DNA of 62,470 nucleotides, the filler included, from Candidatus Huberarchaeum crystalense (GTDB lineage Archaea; Huberarchaeota; Huberarchaeia; Huberarchaeales; Huberarchaeaceae), in assembly GCA_002790315.1 (NCBI GenBank). It is 9 parts of 9 records of this genome, joined end to end, with 100 filler letters (N's around TTAATTAATTAA, not from the genome) between each part and the next. Parts side by side here need not be neighbours in the genome. Positions count along the whole stretch, not along the records: positions 13,100 to 21,850 come from PFUW01000039.1; positions 21,951 to 39,129 come from PFUW01000038.1; 7 more parts are not named here. One strand, 5' to 3'. Below the pieces are notes generated by a model. That model worked only from the letters and a program-made list of their open reading frames with translations. It was not told the DNA's origin and searched no databases. Positions 20,589 to 30,376 of this stretch are shown here, piece after piece (the stretch's first letter is position 1; every line of letters begins with the position of its first letter). Made by a program: the position numbers and the translations under genes.

Positions 20589-21199
20589 AAATATTTATTA
20601 ATATTTGTGCGGGCTTGCATTTCATATTTATTATAAAAATAATCAGAATAATAAATTCTTTTTTTATCCACCATTTTTTGGAAAAATTTAGACATTTTTT
20701 GATAAAATTGTTTATCTGAACTGTGAATATTTTCTTTTCTAATATTTTGAGCGTATCTTTCAAACTCTTCCCATTGGTGTCCTAAAGTTGATAAATCTAT
20801 ATCTATTATTATTTTTTCAATAGTTGTTTTTGGTTCTTTTAGATGGGATGTCATAAGAATTAATTCTTGAACTTCTTTAGCAAATTCATTGTTAAGCCCA
20901 TTTTCTATGCAAACTTTGTGAGCTAAATCAGCGCTGTCTTTTTCGTTTGTTTTTGAGTTTTCATTGTATATTATGTCATGATACCACAAAGCAAATTCTA
21001 TTTTGTCAGAGTTTTTTAACAAATGTTTTACTTCAGAAAGCCTATTTAAACTACCTATAATATGATATATGCCATGGTGAAATCTGTTTTTTGAATACTG
21101 TGCTATTATATAATTATAATATTTTCGCGCGTCACCCTTTGCTCCTATTCTACGCCACAATGCTTTAAATTCACTATATAAATTACTTATAGTAAGCAT
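20567..21199 (-). CDS. HD-superfamily metal-dependent phosphohydrolase
   Basis: RFHHGIYHI, ALWYHDIIY, NEKDSA, IDIDLSTLG, EMQARTNI. Confidence 0.88.
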   Translation of the reverse strand: MLTISNLYSEFKALWRRIGAKGDARKYYNYIIAQYSKNRFHHGIYHIIGSLNRLSEVKHLLKNSDKIEFALWYHDIIYNENSKTNEKDSADLAHKVCIENGLNNEFAKEVQELILMTSHLKEPKTTIEKIIIDIDLSTLGHQWEEFERYAQNIRKENIHSSDKQFYQKMSKFFQKMVDKKRIYYSDYFYNKYEMQARTNINKYLSLLKNL

Positions 21200-21343
21200 A
21201 ATATATTTAATAAATCTTTGTGAAAAATTGGGGGATTTTGTAGAAGCATATGACGATTTTTGGGTATAAAAACCACAAAAAAACAAGCATTTTACAAAGT
21301 TTAGGGATTTTATTATATCGATATACTAGGGTGATATAATTAA

Positions 21344-21461
21344 CTATTTCCCGCGATTACCCTTTGCAGCCAAGCTTGGTCTTTGTCTTTCAGCTCCAAA
21401 TCCTTTGTTTCTCAAACCTCTGCTTTTTTTCCTGCGCTTGTCAAACCTCTAAAAACTCTGC
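21344..21461 (-). pseudogene. rpl15e: Orphan 3' fragment of ribosomal protein eL15
   Basis: Hand translation RVFRGLTSAGKK(frameshift in A7)SRGLRNKGFGAERQRPSLAAKGNRGK*, the characteristic eL15 C-terminus. No start and no N-terminal part. Confidence 0.82.
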
Positions 21462-21469
21462 TTAATAAT

Positions 21470-21850
21470 TTATAATTTTATAGATTGGTTAAATAATTTT
21501 TCATATAAACCCTCATTTAATTTATTATATATTATACCTAAATTTTCATAACAGTTTGACTCGCCTGCTTTATCCCCAATTTCTTTAGCAATTTTCAGGG
21601 AATTTTCAAGAAATACTATTGCTTTTTTGAAATCACCTAAATCATCATAAGCAACACCTAAATTTGTATAACATTTTGACTCGCCTGCTTTATCTCCGAT
21701 TTCTTTCTTAATTTTTAGGGAATTTTTATGGTATTCAATTGCTTTTTTGAAATCACCTAAATAATAGTAAGCAATACCTAAATTTGTATAACACATTGAC
21801 TCATTTGGTTTATCCCCTATTTTTTTAAAAATTTTCAGGGAAATATTATA
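21470..21850 (-). CDS. Tetratricopeptide-repeat protein, 5' end in gap
   Basis: 40-aa (120-bp) repeats GDKAGESKCYTNLG...LGDFKKAI. Confidence 0.9.
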   Translation of the reverse strand, partial: YNISLKIFKKIGDKPNESMCYTNLGIAYYYLGDFKKAIEYHKNSLKIKKEIGDKAGESKCYTNLGVAYDDLGDFKKAIVFLENSLKIAKEIGDKAGESNCYENLGIIYNKLNEGLYEKLFNQSIKL

Positions 21851-21950
21851 NNNNNNNNNNNNNNNNNNNNNNNNNNNNNNNNNNNNNNNNNNNNTTAATT
21901 AATTAANNNNNNNNNNNNNNNNNNNNNNNNNNNNNNNNNNNNNNNNNNNN

Positions 21951-22378
21951 TCTTTTTTGTCTACTTTTATTTCTTTTTTCACTTTTTTAATTTTGATTTT
22001 TCTATTGATTTTTGGGTTGAATATTTTTATCTTTTTTTTCTTTGCATCTTCGACAATTTTTGTTTTTAATTTTGCTCCAATTTGAGCAGCAACATAAATT
22101 CCTTGTGTTTTTGGATCAACTTTTTCGAGTTCTTTCAAATTGTGAATCCAAATAGGTCGCAAACCAGAAGGATGCAGGCCTCTTAAATTTTCTGGCTGTT
22201 TGTATCCAATATTTGGCCTATTATGAGGAAATTCTGTTTTTCTGCGAAAATGGCTATGAATTCCTGGCAATCTCCATTTTTCATCCAATCTTCCATGCGA
22301 TGAAGATATTCCTACGCGCATAAATCGCGGTTTTCTTATTCCTGTTTTTAAAATTTTTGCCTTATTTCTTAAAGACAT
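21951..22378 (-). CDS. rpl32e: Ribosomal protein eL32 (3' end in gap)
   Basis: KPRFMR, KWRLPGIHS, PNIGY, RGLHPSG. Confidence 0.92.
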
Positions 22379-22920
22379 TATTTACCCTCCACAATATAAA
22401 TACCATCTTGAAATACTCTGCGGTCTTTGTTTAGAATCTTTGTTGCTTTTTCAATGTTTGCTGCTGTGCATCCTACATCTTCTTTATTATTTCCTCTGAC
22501 TATAATGTCAGCACCCTTGACTTCAACTGTTGTTCCTTTTGTTATTTTTGCTGATCTTGGAGATCGTTCGCCCAAAAAGTTTGATATTATTACTATATTT
22601 CCTTGCTGTTTTAGTTGTATTGGAAAGTGCTGGTATATGATTTTTAATTTCTTTTCCCAACCTTCTTGGACTCCACGAAGCATATTTTTTATGTGAGCTG
22701 TTGTTGTTTTGAGCGCGCACTTACCTTTTTTTGTTTTTTGTATAGATTCAATCGTTAAAACAGAATCATTAACATTAAACTTTATATTTAGATGAGCAAA
22801 ATTTCTTGAACTTTTGGTGTTTTTGCCTGTTATTTCTATAATTCTGCTGTCTTCTTTTATTTGAACGCCAGACGGAATTACAATTTTTGTTATCATCTTT
22901 TTTTCCTGTTTTTCTACCAT
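22378..22920 (-). CDS. rpl6: Ribosomal protein uL6
   Basis: AHIKNMLRGV, HFPI, NFLGER, KDRRVFQDGIYI. Confidence 0.96.
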   Translation of the reverse strand: MVEKQEKKMITKIVIPSGVQIKEDSRIIEITGKNTKSSRNFAHLNIKFNVNDSVLTIESIQKTKKGKCALKTTTAHIKNMLRGVQEGWEKKLKIIYQHFPIQLKQQGNIVIISNFLGERSPRSAKITKGTTVEVKGADIIVRGNNKEDVGCTAANIEKATKILNKDRRVFQDGIYIVEGK

Positions 22921-22927
22921 TTTTTTC

Positions 22928-23311
22928 CTAATATACAACAGCGACTACAATGCCGCCGATTCCTTTTTGTTTTGCTTGAATGTGAGTAATTATGCCCCGA
23001 GATGTTGATAAAATAATCCTTCCAAGATCTTTTGCAAGAAGATACCTCTGTTCCCACCAAATATAATTTTGTTTGTTGAAGGGTGATCTTGGTTTTATTG
23101 AGGCACAATAATTAATTTTTCCTGCTAATGTAACTTTTGCAAATTCTCCGCGTGTGGTCTTTGTTAATTCATAATCTTTAATATATTTTTCTTCTTTTAA
23201 AACCAGCAAAATTTCTTTAAGAAGGCCGTTAACTTGAATCAGAACTTCGTTTTGTTTTTGCAAATCAGCGTTCTTGATTTTTGTTAACATATTTGCTACT
23301 ATATCTGTCAT
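22928..23311 (-). CDS. rps8: Ribosomal protein uS8
   Basis: DIVANMLTKIKNA, GKINYCASIKPR, ILSTSRGIITH. Confidence 0.95.
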   Translation of the reverse strand: MTDIVANMLTKIKNADLQKQNEVLIQVNGLLKEILLVLKEEKYIKDYELTKTTRGEFAKVTLAGKINYCASIKPRSPFNKQNYIWWEQRYLLAKDLGRIILSTSRGIITHIQAKQKGIGGIVVAVVY

Positions 23312-23515
23312 TTAATCCACCTTATCAAATCCAAGTTCATAGGCATTGTCGCGCATACAATTTCTGCATATTCTTAGCCCGTATTTTTTGATCACACCTT
23401 TTTCTCTTACTCCGCAAAAAATGCATGCTTTATCTTTTGCATCCATTATTTTGTTAGTTTTTTTGACTTTTGCGTTTGCAGGCGTATTTTTGACTTTTAA
23501 AGTTATATGAGCCAT
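23312..23515 (-). CDS. rps14: Ribosomal protein uS14 (Zn type)
   Basis: CIFCG...KKYGLRICRNCMR...LGF. Confidence 0.93.
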   Translation of the reverse strand: MAHITLKVKNTPANAKVKKTNKIMDAKDKACIFCGVREKGVIKKYGLRICRNCMRDNAYELGFDKVD

Positions 23516-23541
23516 ATATTTTTGTTGTTAATTTTGTTAAT

Positions 23542-23652
23542 TTAATTGTTTTGGTTTTTTAGCACATTTTTGACTAAATTAAAAATCATCTTATGACCAT
23601 CAGTATTTGGGTGAAGAACATCATCCAAGGTTTTAATATATTCTGAAGACAG
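23542..23652 (-). pseudogene. Relic C-terminus of an SGNH/GDSL hydrolase
   Basis: Hand translation EYIKTLDDVLHPNTDGHKMIFNLVKNVL*, resembling block V (DxLHPNxxGH). Stop immediately upstream, no N-terminal blocks. Confidence 0.55.
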
Positions 23653-23866
23653 TTAACCATAATCTTTTTATCATCAAATAAAACTCACATAGCCTATCCG
23701 CAAAGTAAAAGTTAAATCACTTTGTCAAGAATGAAGTGAAAATTTTAAATCACAACATGTAGTTTATTTATTTATACTTTTTATTTATTTTTATAAAAAA
23801 TTTATTTTACATCATAAAAAGTTATAATGCAATTTTTATAAATATTTTTACTTTGCAAAATACCTT

Positions 23867-25462
23867 ATGGTCTTTAAATTTAAACAACAAGCAAAACCAC
23901 ATCCTGTTTGCGAAATGATTGAAAAAATAAGACAAACATTTTTAAAGTTTGGACTTAGTGAAGTTATAAACCCTATGATAATTGAAGAATCAGAAATTTA
24001 TAAACAATATGGGCCAGAGGCAGCGGTTATTTTGGACAGATGCTTTTATCTCGCAGAACTTCCGCGACCAGAAATAGGACTTAGTAACAAAAAACTTGAT
24101 AAAATAGATAAAATTGCTCCCATGTGGAGAGAAGAAATATGCTCAGAATACAGCAAAAGCAGCTGTTGTTATTGCAGTCAAAATTTGGATACAAATTCAG
24201 AAACAATTCTTAAAACTCTGTTGCGCGAGTATAAAAAAGGCAATATTGAAGGCGACAATATGCTTGAAGAGATGGTAAAACAACTAAATATATCAGCACA
24301 GCAAGCTAGCTGCATTCTTGACGAAGTTTTTACAGAGTTAAAAGAAATCAAACCACAACCAACAACAAAAACACTTCGCTCCCATATGACTTCTGCGTGG
24401 TTTTCTGTTCTTGCAAAAGCACACAAAAAATCAGAAATTCCTATTGGATTTTTTTCAATAGGTCCAAGATTTAGGCGCGAGCAAAAGTTAGATGCAACCC
24501 ATCTTTACGAATCAACAACTGCCTCAGCAGTTGTGATGGCTCAAGAATTTTCAGAGACAGAAATTTTTAGTTTTGTAGAAAAGTTATGCAATAATTTGGG
24601 TTTCAAAAAAATAAATATTATCAGAAAAAAAGCAACAGCTCAATATTATGAAAACAACAAAGAATGGGAGGTTTATGCTTTGATAAACGGCAATGATGTT
24701 GAAATTGCTGACTTTGGTTTGTACTCAAAAAGAGCATTAAAGAGTTATAAGATAACTCACTCTGTTTTTAATATAGGATTTGGAGTAGAGCGACTTGCAA
24801 TGCTATCAACAAAAAACAATGACATAAGAAATCTTGTTTATTGGCATATGCAAGAAGGCGTTTCTTTTTCAGACAAAGAACTCATAAAACAAATTGAAAT
24901 AATTGAGAAACCTAACACAGAACAAGGATTAAAACTCAAAGAATTAATTGCAAAAACCGCAAAAAAATATGCTTTTGAAAAATCACCTTGTAGATTTAAT
25001 GTGTTTGAGGACAAGTTTTTAGGAAAAAAGATAAAGGTCTCTGTTGTTGAAAAAGAAGAAAACACAAAATTGCTCGGTCCTGCCTGTTTAAATAACATTT
25101 ATGCGTTTGAGGGCAGCATATATGGCATTCCTCCTAAAAATTCATTTAAAGGAACAAACAACATAAAGAACAAGGGAATCAAAGCAAACTTTAATTTTTT
25201 AGACGCTATTTCCTCTTATTTTGCGGCAAAAATAGAAGAGCGAGTTTTGCAAGAGTTAAAAAAGACCAATTTACCAAAAGCAAATGACAAATATGGCAAA
25301 AACAACAAGAAAACAAACTTTTGGCAGTTAAAAATGGCAAAAACACCTGCAGAAGTCAATATAAAAATAAGCGAGCCAGCAAACAGATTTATTACCTCTA
25401 ACAACAAAAAAATAATGCTTAGAGGGCCAATTTTTATGGGTATTGAATTAAAAATAGAGTAA
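23867..25462 (+). CDS. sepS: O-phosphoserine--tRNA(Cys) ligase (SepRS)
   Basis: KQYGPEAAVILDRCFYLAELPRP, TLRSHMTSAWF, FRREQ, GFGVERLAM, EKEENTKLLGPA, RGPIF. Confidence 0.96.
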   Translation: MVFKFKQQAKPHPVCEMIEKIRQTFLKFGLSEVINPMIIEESEIYKQYGPEAAVILDRCFYLAELPRPEIGLSNKKLDKIDKIAPMWREEICSEYSKSSCCYCSQNLDTNSETILKTLLREYKKGNIEGDNMLEEMVKQLNISAQQASCILDEVFTELKEIKPQPTTKTLRSHMTSAWFSVLAKAHKKSEIPIGFFSIGPRFRREQKLDATHLYESTTASAVVMAQEFSETEIFSFVEKLCNNLGFKKINIIRKKATAQYYENNKEWEVYALINGNDVEIADFGLYSKRALKSYKITHSVFNIGFGVERLAMLSTKNNDIRNLVYWHMQEGVSFSDKELIKQIEIIEKPNTEQGLKLKELIAKTAKKYAFEKSPCRFNVFEDKFLGKKIKVSVVEKEENTKLLGPACLNNIYAFEGSIYGIPPKNSFKGTNNIKNKGIKANFNFLDAISSYFAAKIEERVLQELKKTNLPKANDKYGKNNKKTNFWQLKMAKTPAEVNIKISEPANRFITSNNKKIMLRGPIFMGIELKIE

Positions 25463-25546
25463 ATAATAATACCAAATAATTATTAATTATTGTTACTCAG
25501 TTACTCATAATTAAAGAAGTTAGATTTGCTAACTATTATTAGTATT

Positions 25547-25720
25547 GATATTATTTATTAAAACAAATAAGTATTAACAAGGATATTATTTATTAAAACA
25601 AATAAGTATTAACAAGGATATTATTTATTAAAACAAATAAGTATTAACAAGGATATTATTTATTAAAACAAATAAGTATTAACAAGGATATTATTTATTA
25701 AAACAAATAAGTATTAACAA
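25547..25720. repeat. 35-bp perfect tandem repeat x5
   Basis: GATATTATTTATTAAAACAAATAAGTATTAACAAG head-to-tail with no spacers, ending just before the iscU ATG. Confidence 0.97.
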
Positions 25721-25726
25721 AAAGTT

Positions 25727-26155
25727 ATGCACAATAAGACACTTTTATCTCACTTTTTTCACCCAAAAAATATGGGAAAAATGAAAAAACCAAGTGGATA
25801 TGGGCGCGCAGGAAACCCTGTTTGCGGCGATATAATGGATTTTTATTTGAAAATAAAAGATGAAAAAAGTAAAGCAACCATTAAAGATGTCAAGTGGGAA
25901 ACCTTAGGATGTCCTGTTGCATTGGCTAATAGTTCAGTTCTTAGTGAAATGGTAAAAGGAAAGGCACTAAAAGATGCTGAAAAAATTACGCAGAAACAAA
26001 TTATTAAAAAGCTCGGCGGCGAAATTCCCCATCAAAAACTTCATTGTTCAATGCTGGCACTTGATGCTTTTCATCAGGCTATTAACTATTATAAAAAGAA
26101 AAGGAAGATTATTGAACTTAAAACAAAACCAAAAACCAAGCATAACTTCAATTAA
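25727..26155 (+). CDS. iscU: Fe-S scaffold IscU/NifU-N
   Basis: HFFHPKNMG, GNPVCGD, GCPVALA, KLHCS. Confidence 0.93.
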   Translation: MHNKTLLSHFFHPKNMGKMKKPSGYGRAGNPVCGDIMDFYLKIKDEKSKATIKDVKWETLGCPVALANSSVLSEMVKGKALKDAEKITQKQIIKKLGGEIPHQKLHCSMLALDAFHQAINYYKKKRKIIELKTKPKTKHNFN

Positions 26156-26352
26156 ATCCAATATTATAACAAAATCACTAAATGCAAATTATTCTTAACT
26201 TAAATAAATATATAGATTATTAACTAACTTAACACTTGTTTTTTTTAATAAAAGTGCGCAAACCTTTTTATATAATTGCTTGTTTTTACAAACAAATCAT
26301 CTGATAAATGCTTGGTTAATTTATTTTATAAAAATAAACCAAATTCTAAAAA

Positions 26353-26423
26353 AGTAGGGGAAGAGAGTCGAACTCTTTTAAACCGGTCTGCAGCCGGACG
26401 CGTGGCCGTTCCGCCACCCCTAC
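26353..26423 (-). tRNA. tRNA-Cys(GCA)
   Basis: Reverse complement GTAGGGG...CCGG-CT-GCA-GA-CCGG...AAGAG-TTCGACT-CTCTT-CCCCTAC-T; G37 and U73. Confidence 0.93.
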
Positions 26424-26447
26424 ATAAATTTTTAAAAAATTTATAGT

Positions 26448-27459
26448 TTATTTTATTTTAGCAATCTCCTTAAACGCTCCTATTATTTTGTCAATTTCCT
26501 TTCTTGTTAATCCAAATGTGCTCAGTTTAAAATTCTTTGTCAACCCGGGTTTAATACCAGTAATCCCGCGCGCCTTCAATTCGTCGTACAAAAAAAAGCC
26601 CCTGCGCTTGTGTGTCGTGGAAATCTCATAAAAAACCAATGTCTCAAAAGCCATCAAGTCGTGATTATGCGGCTGCTCCCCTATTGCTTTAATTCCTCTA
26701 ATTTTTGTGATTTCATCTGAAAAATAGCGCGCATTTTCAACCTCTTTGTCCCAATTTGCGACTCTTTTGATAACATAAGGAAACGACGCCATCAATGAAA
26801 TTATCGANNNNNNNNNNNGCCAACAATAAAGTCAGCGCCAATTTCTTTTAAATTAATAGGCATTCTTCCAACAGCATAAGCGCCGTTGATTATAAGTGGA
26901 ACTTCAGCATTTCTGCAGATTTCTGCAACTTTTTTTGCGTCAGGTAAGTTTCCATAATTACCATCAGGATAAGTAAGTAGTGCTAGTTTTGGCTTTCTTC
27001 CTGCTGTTTCCATTTCCTTAATCTTTGACGCAAAATCTGTCTCATTTATTTTGTGTTCAGGAGCACTAGTTTTTGGTGTTTTTTCAATATTTAGTCCTGC
27101 TCTTTCTGCTGCTACAAAAGTCGAATAATGCGCGTTTACATCAATTAAAATCCAGTCTCCTTTTTCGCAGATGGTGTGCATAATCATAAATTTTCCCTCT
27201 CGCGCACCATTTGTTATTCGCACCTCGTCGCATCCCAAAAATTTAGGTAGAGTTTTGTGAACAAATGTTTCAATCGGTGGTCTTTGTATCTTATCAAGAC
27301 AGCCCCTGCAAAAGTCGCAGACAGAATAGCCGTCAAGCCATTGGTTAAGGATTGCGCGTGTTTCTAGCGGAATAATACCTCCTCGCTGAAGTGGGTTAAG
27401 GTTAATTAATCCAAGATTTTCACGATTTAGATTTATCTTGTTATGATTTTCCTGGTTAT
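26448..27459 (-). CDS. pscS: Sep-tRNA:Cys-tRNA synthase (SepCysS); start and an internal part fall in gaps
   Basis: Hand translation INLNPLQRGG..DGYSVCDFC..PPI, then TNGAREGK, YPDGNYGN, NGAYAVGRMP, MASFP, HKRRGFFLY, GIKPGLTK. Confidence 0.95.
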
Positions 27460-27696
27460 NNNNNNNNNNNNNNNNNNNNNNNNNNNNNNNNNNNNNNNNN
27501 NNNNNNNNNNNNNNNNNNNNNNNNNNNNNNNNNNNNNNNNNNNNNNNNNNNNNNNNNNNNNNNNNNNNNNNNNNNNNNNNNNNNNNNNNNNNNNTTTTTA
27601 TTTATTTCTTTTTGCTTTTTTGCTTAATAAATATCATATTGTTTTTAAGATTTTACTTATTAATTTGTGGGGTTGTATTATTTTTAGTGTTATTTT

Positions 27697-28332
27697 TTAA
27701 TTTCTGTTTTTTATTTGTTTCTTTTTGCTTTTTTGCTTAATTAATGTTTTGTGTGTGAATANNNNNNNNNNNNNNNCAAATCCAAGAATTATAATTATAT
27801 CTATAATCTGACTGTATTTGATAATTTCTGACCAATTGTTTTTCAATGAAAATCCAATATATACTAAAAAGGTGTTCCAAATTCCTGCTCCAATTATAGT
27901 AAAAACTGAAAATTTTAACAGATTCATTTTTCCAATTCCTGCAGGTATTGAAATAAAATGACGAACAACAGGAATAAATCCGCCAACAAAAACAGTTATT
28001 TCGCCGTGCTTTTTAAAAAATGTTTCGGTTAGATTGAGGTGGTGGTTGTTAAGAAAAACATACTTGCCGAATCGTTTTATAAAATGCCTTCCACCAAAAG
28101 CGCCAATATAATATGAAATCAAAGAGCCAATTAAACTTCCAAGTGTGCTAAAAAATACAACTCCTATAAAGGAAAATTTTTCGTGCGCAATCAAAAATCC
28201 AGCAAAAGGCAGAACTGCCTCGCTTGGAACAGGAAAAATCGTACCTTCCATTGCCATCAAAACAACAAGGCCTGCATAGCCTGCGCCTGCTATAAAATTT
28301 ACAATACTTTCTACTAATATCTCTGTTAACAT
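27697..28332 (-). CDS. dedA: DedA family membrane protein
   Basis: FPVPSEAVLPFAGF, GSLISYYIG, FIPVVRHFISIPAG. Confidence 0.92.
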   Translation of the reverse strand: MLTEILVESIVNFIAGAGYAGLVVLMAMEGTIFPVPSEAVLPFAGFLIAHEKFSFIGVVFFSTLGSLIGSLISYYIGAFGGRHFIKRFGKYVFLNNHHLNLTETFFKKHGEITVFVGGFIPVVRHFISIPAGIGKMNLLKFSVFTIIGAGIWNTFLVYIGFSLKNNWSEIIKYSQIIDIIIILGFXXXXXXFTHKTLIKQKSKKKQIKNRN

Positions 28333-28472
28333 ATTTTTATTTGAATATATTTTTTTAGATTAACAATTACCCCCTATTATTTTTCATATTTATGTTTGCT
28401 CTTTTTTAGATTAACAANNNNNNNNTTAATTTTTATATCTTATTTTTTATAATATATTTATTTATAATTTAC

Positions 28473-29550
28473 CTATTTAAGTGGGCTTATATTTCTCAAT
28501 TTTTCAATAAATTTTGGCAAAACGCTTAAAAAATAATCTATTTCTTTGTTTGTTGTGTATTTGCTTATTGTAATGCGAAGCGATCCGTGAGTTTGCTCTG
28601 GACTTAAACCAAGCGCGCGCAAAACATGGCTTGGTTCTAATGATTTTGAAGCACAAGCAGAACCAGTTGAAACAGCAATTCCTAAATTATCTAAATGCAT
28701 TAGCAATGACTCGCCTTCAATCTTGTCAAATCGCACATTTATGTTGTTGCATGCTCGTTGCGTCAACGACCCGTTTAAATGACTGCCTTTGATTTTTAAG
28801 ATTTCTTTTATTGTTTTGTTTCGAATTTCTGTCATTTTTTTAATATCTTCTGGCTTTATAACATCAACTGCTGCGCCAAAACCAATAATTCCGGGAATAT
28901 TTTGAGTGCCCCCTCGCAGACCATCTTCCNNNNNNNNNNATTTTGTGCGCACTTATTGTAACTAAATCTAAAAAATATTTGTCAACATTGAGAGGAACTT
29001 TTGTAAAACTTTGGCATGCGTCTGTGTGAAAATAAATTCCTTTTTCACGGCAAATTTTTCCAATCTCACAAATCGGCTGTATTGTTCCAATTTCATTATT
29101 TACATGCATAACTGAAACCAAAATTGTATCTTTGCGAATAGCTTTTTTTAGCGCGCCAACATCAACAATTCCTTCTTTGTTAACATCCAAATAAGTTATT
29201 TCAAACCCTTGTTTTTCTAACCATTTGCAACTTTCAAGCACGCAACTATGCTCTATTTTAGATGTGATAATGTGTTTCCCTTTGTTGCGATTAGCAAAGG
29301 CAACTCCTTTAATTGCGAGATTGTTTGATTCAGAACCGCAACCAGTAAAGACCAAAATACCTCTTTTAGCACCCAATTTTTCTAAAATGCGTTTGCGCAC
29401 CATTTCAATTGCCTTTGCTGGCTCTCTTCCAAACAGATGAATGGAGTTAGGATTTCCAAATTTTTTAGTTAAATATGGCTTCATTGCTTTCAAAACTTCA
29501 GGTGCAATTTGCGTTGTTGCTCCATTATCTAAATAAATAGTGTTAGTCAT
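28473..29550 (-). CDS. iscS: Cysteine desulfurase IscS/NifS (split by N gap)
   Basis: IYLDNGATT, FGNPNSIH, NNEIGTIQP, SAHK, RGGTQN, STGSACAS. Confidence 0.95.
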
Positions 29551-29618
29551 ATTTTTTTGTTGCGTTTATAAATTTTGTGCTGGGTTGCTCTTTTTCTTTT
29601 AAATATATTATAAATATT

Positions 29619-30149
29619 ATGGATAAACATAAACTTACTGATGTTGAACAATTTATCAAAAAATTCCACGAAGACAAAAAGCAAAACAAACTCGATTTAT
29701 CCCTTGATGAAGATTTATCAATAGCAATTATGAATCTGGTGAGTATTGAAGAACACTTCTTTTTTACAGCTGAAAAAACAAAGAAAAGAAAGTACTTTGA
29801 TTTGCTGAAAGAGGTGCGCGAAATGCGAAAGAGCTTGTTGAAAAAAATTGTAAAAAATCAAGAAGGTGAAATATGGTGCATTTCAAAGCATTTATTAGCA
29901 TCTTCTATGCGGCTAATGGAAGTAGGGACAAAACTTTTAAAAGAGGACAGAAAAGACGAAGCATATGACTTGTTTGATAACTCATACAAACTTTACACTT
30001 TATTTTGGGCATTGAATTTAAAATTAATTGATGTTGGTGAGATAAAGGAACTGCATGGTAGCGCGCTCAACAAAACAGACAAAAACAAAAGTATTTTTCA
30101 GAAAATTGGGAATATTATTGATAAAACATTAGATTGTTGTAAAGAGTAA
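29619..30149 (+). CDS. Hypothetical helical protein ending in CCKE
   Basis: Clean ORF with EDLSIAIMNLVSIEEHF and WCISKHLL motifs; function not recognised. Confidence 0.75.
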   Translation: MDKHKLTDVEQFIKKFHEDKKQNKLDLSLDEDLSIAIMNLVSIEEHFFFTAEKTKKRKYFDLLKEVREMRKSLLKKIVKNQEGEIWCISKHLLASSMRLMEVGTKLLKEDRKDEAYDLFDNSYKLYTLFWALNLKLIDVGEIKELHGSALNKTDKNKSIFQKIGNIIDKTLDCCKE

Positions 30150-30376
30150 ATTTTTAGATATTATTGATAAAACATTAGATTNNNNNNNNNNNNTTTTCAG
30201 GTTTTTTAAATAATTATATTTACTCTGACTTTTTTAAATAAGATATAATAACTAAGTTAAATTAAACATAGTTTTTTAGAGGATTTTTACAAAGCAAGAT
30301 TTATATAAAAAATTCCACAAAGACAAAAAGCAAAGTTAATTGTAGTTCAACTTCTTAGATTAATTATAAAAATCTT

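Noticed and set aside
21470-21850. Diversity-generating retroelement template/variable repeats
   Set aside because: The near-identical 120-bp units are in-frame TPR repeats, differences are not limited to adenines, and no reverse transcriptase is present.
25547-25720. CRISPR array
   Set aside because: The 35-bp units are head-to-tail with no unique spacers and there are no cas genes. The same holds for the repeats at 14082 and 53001.
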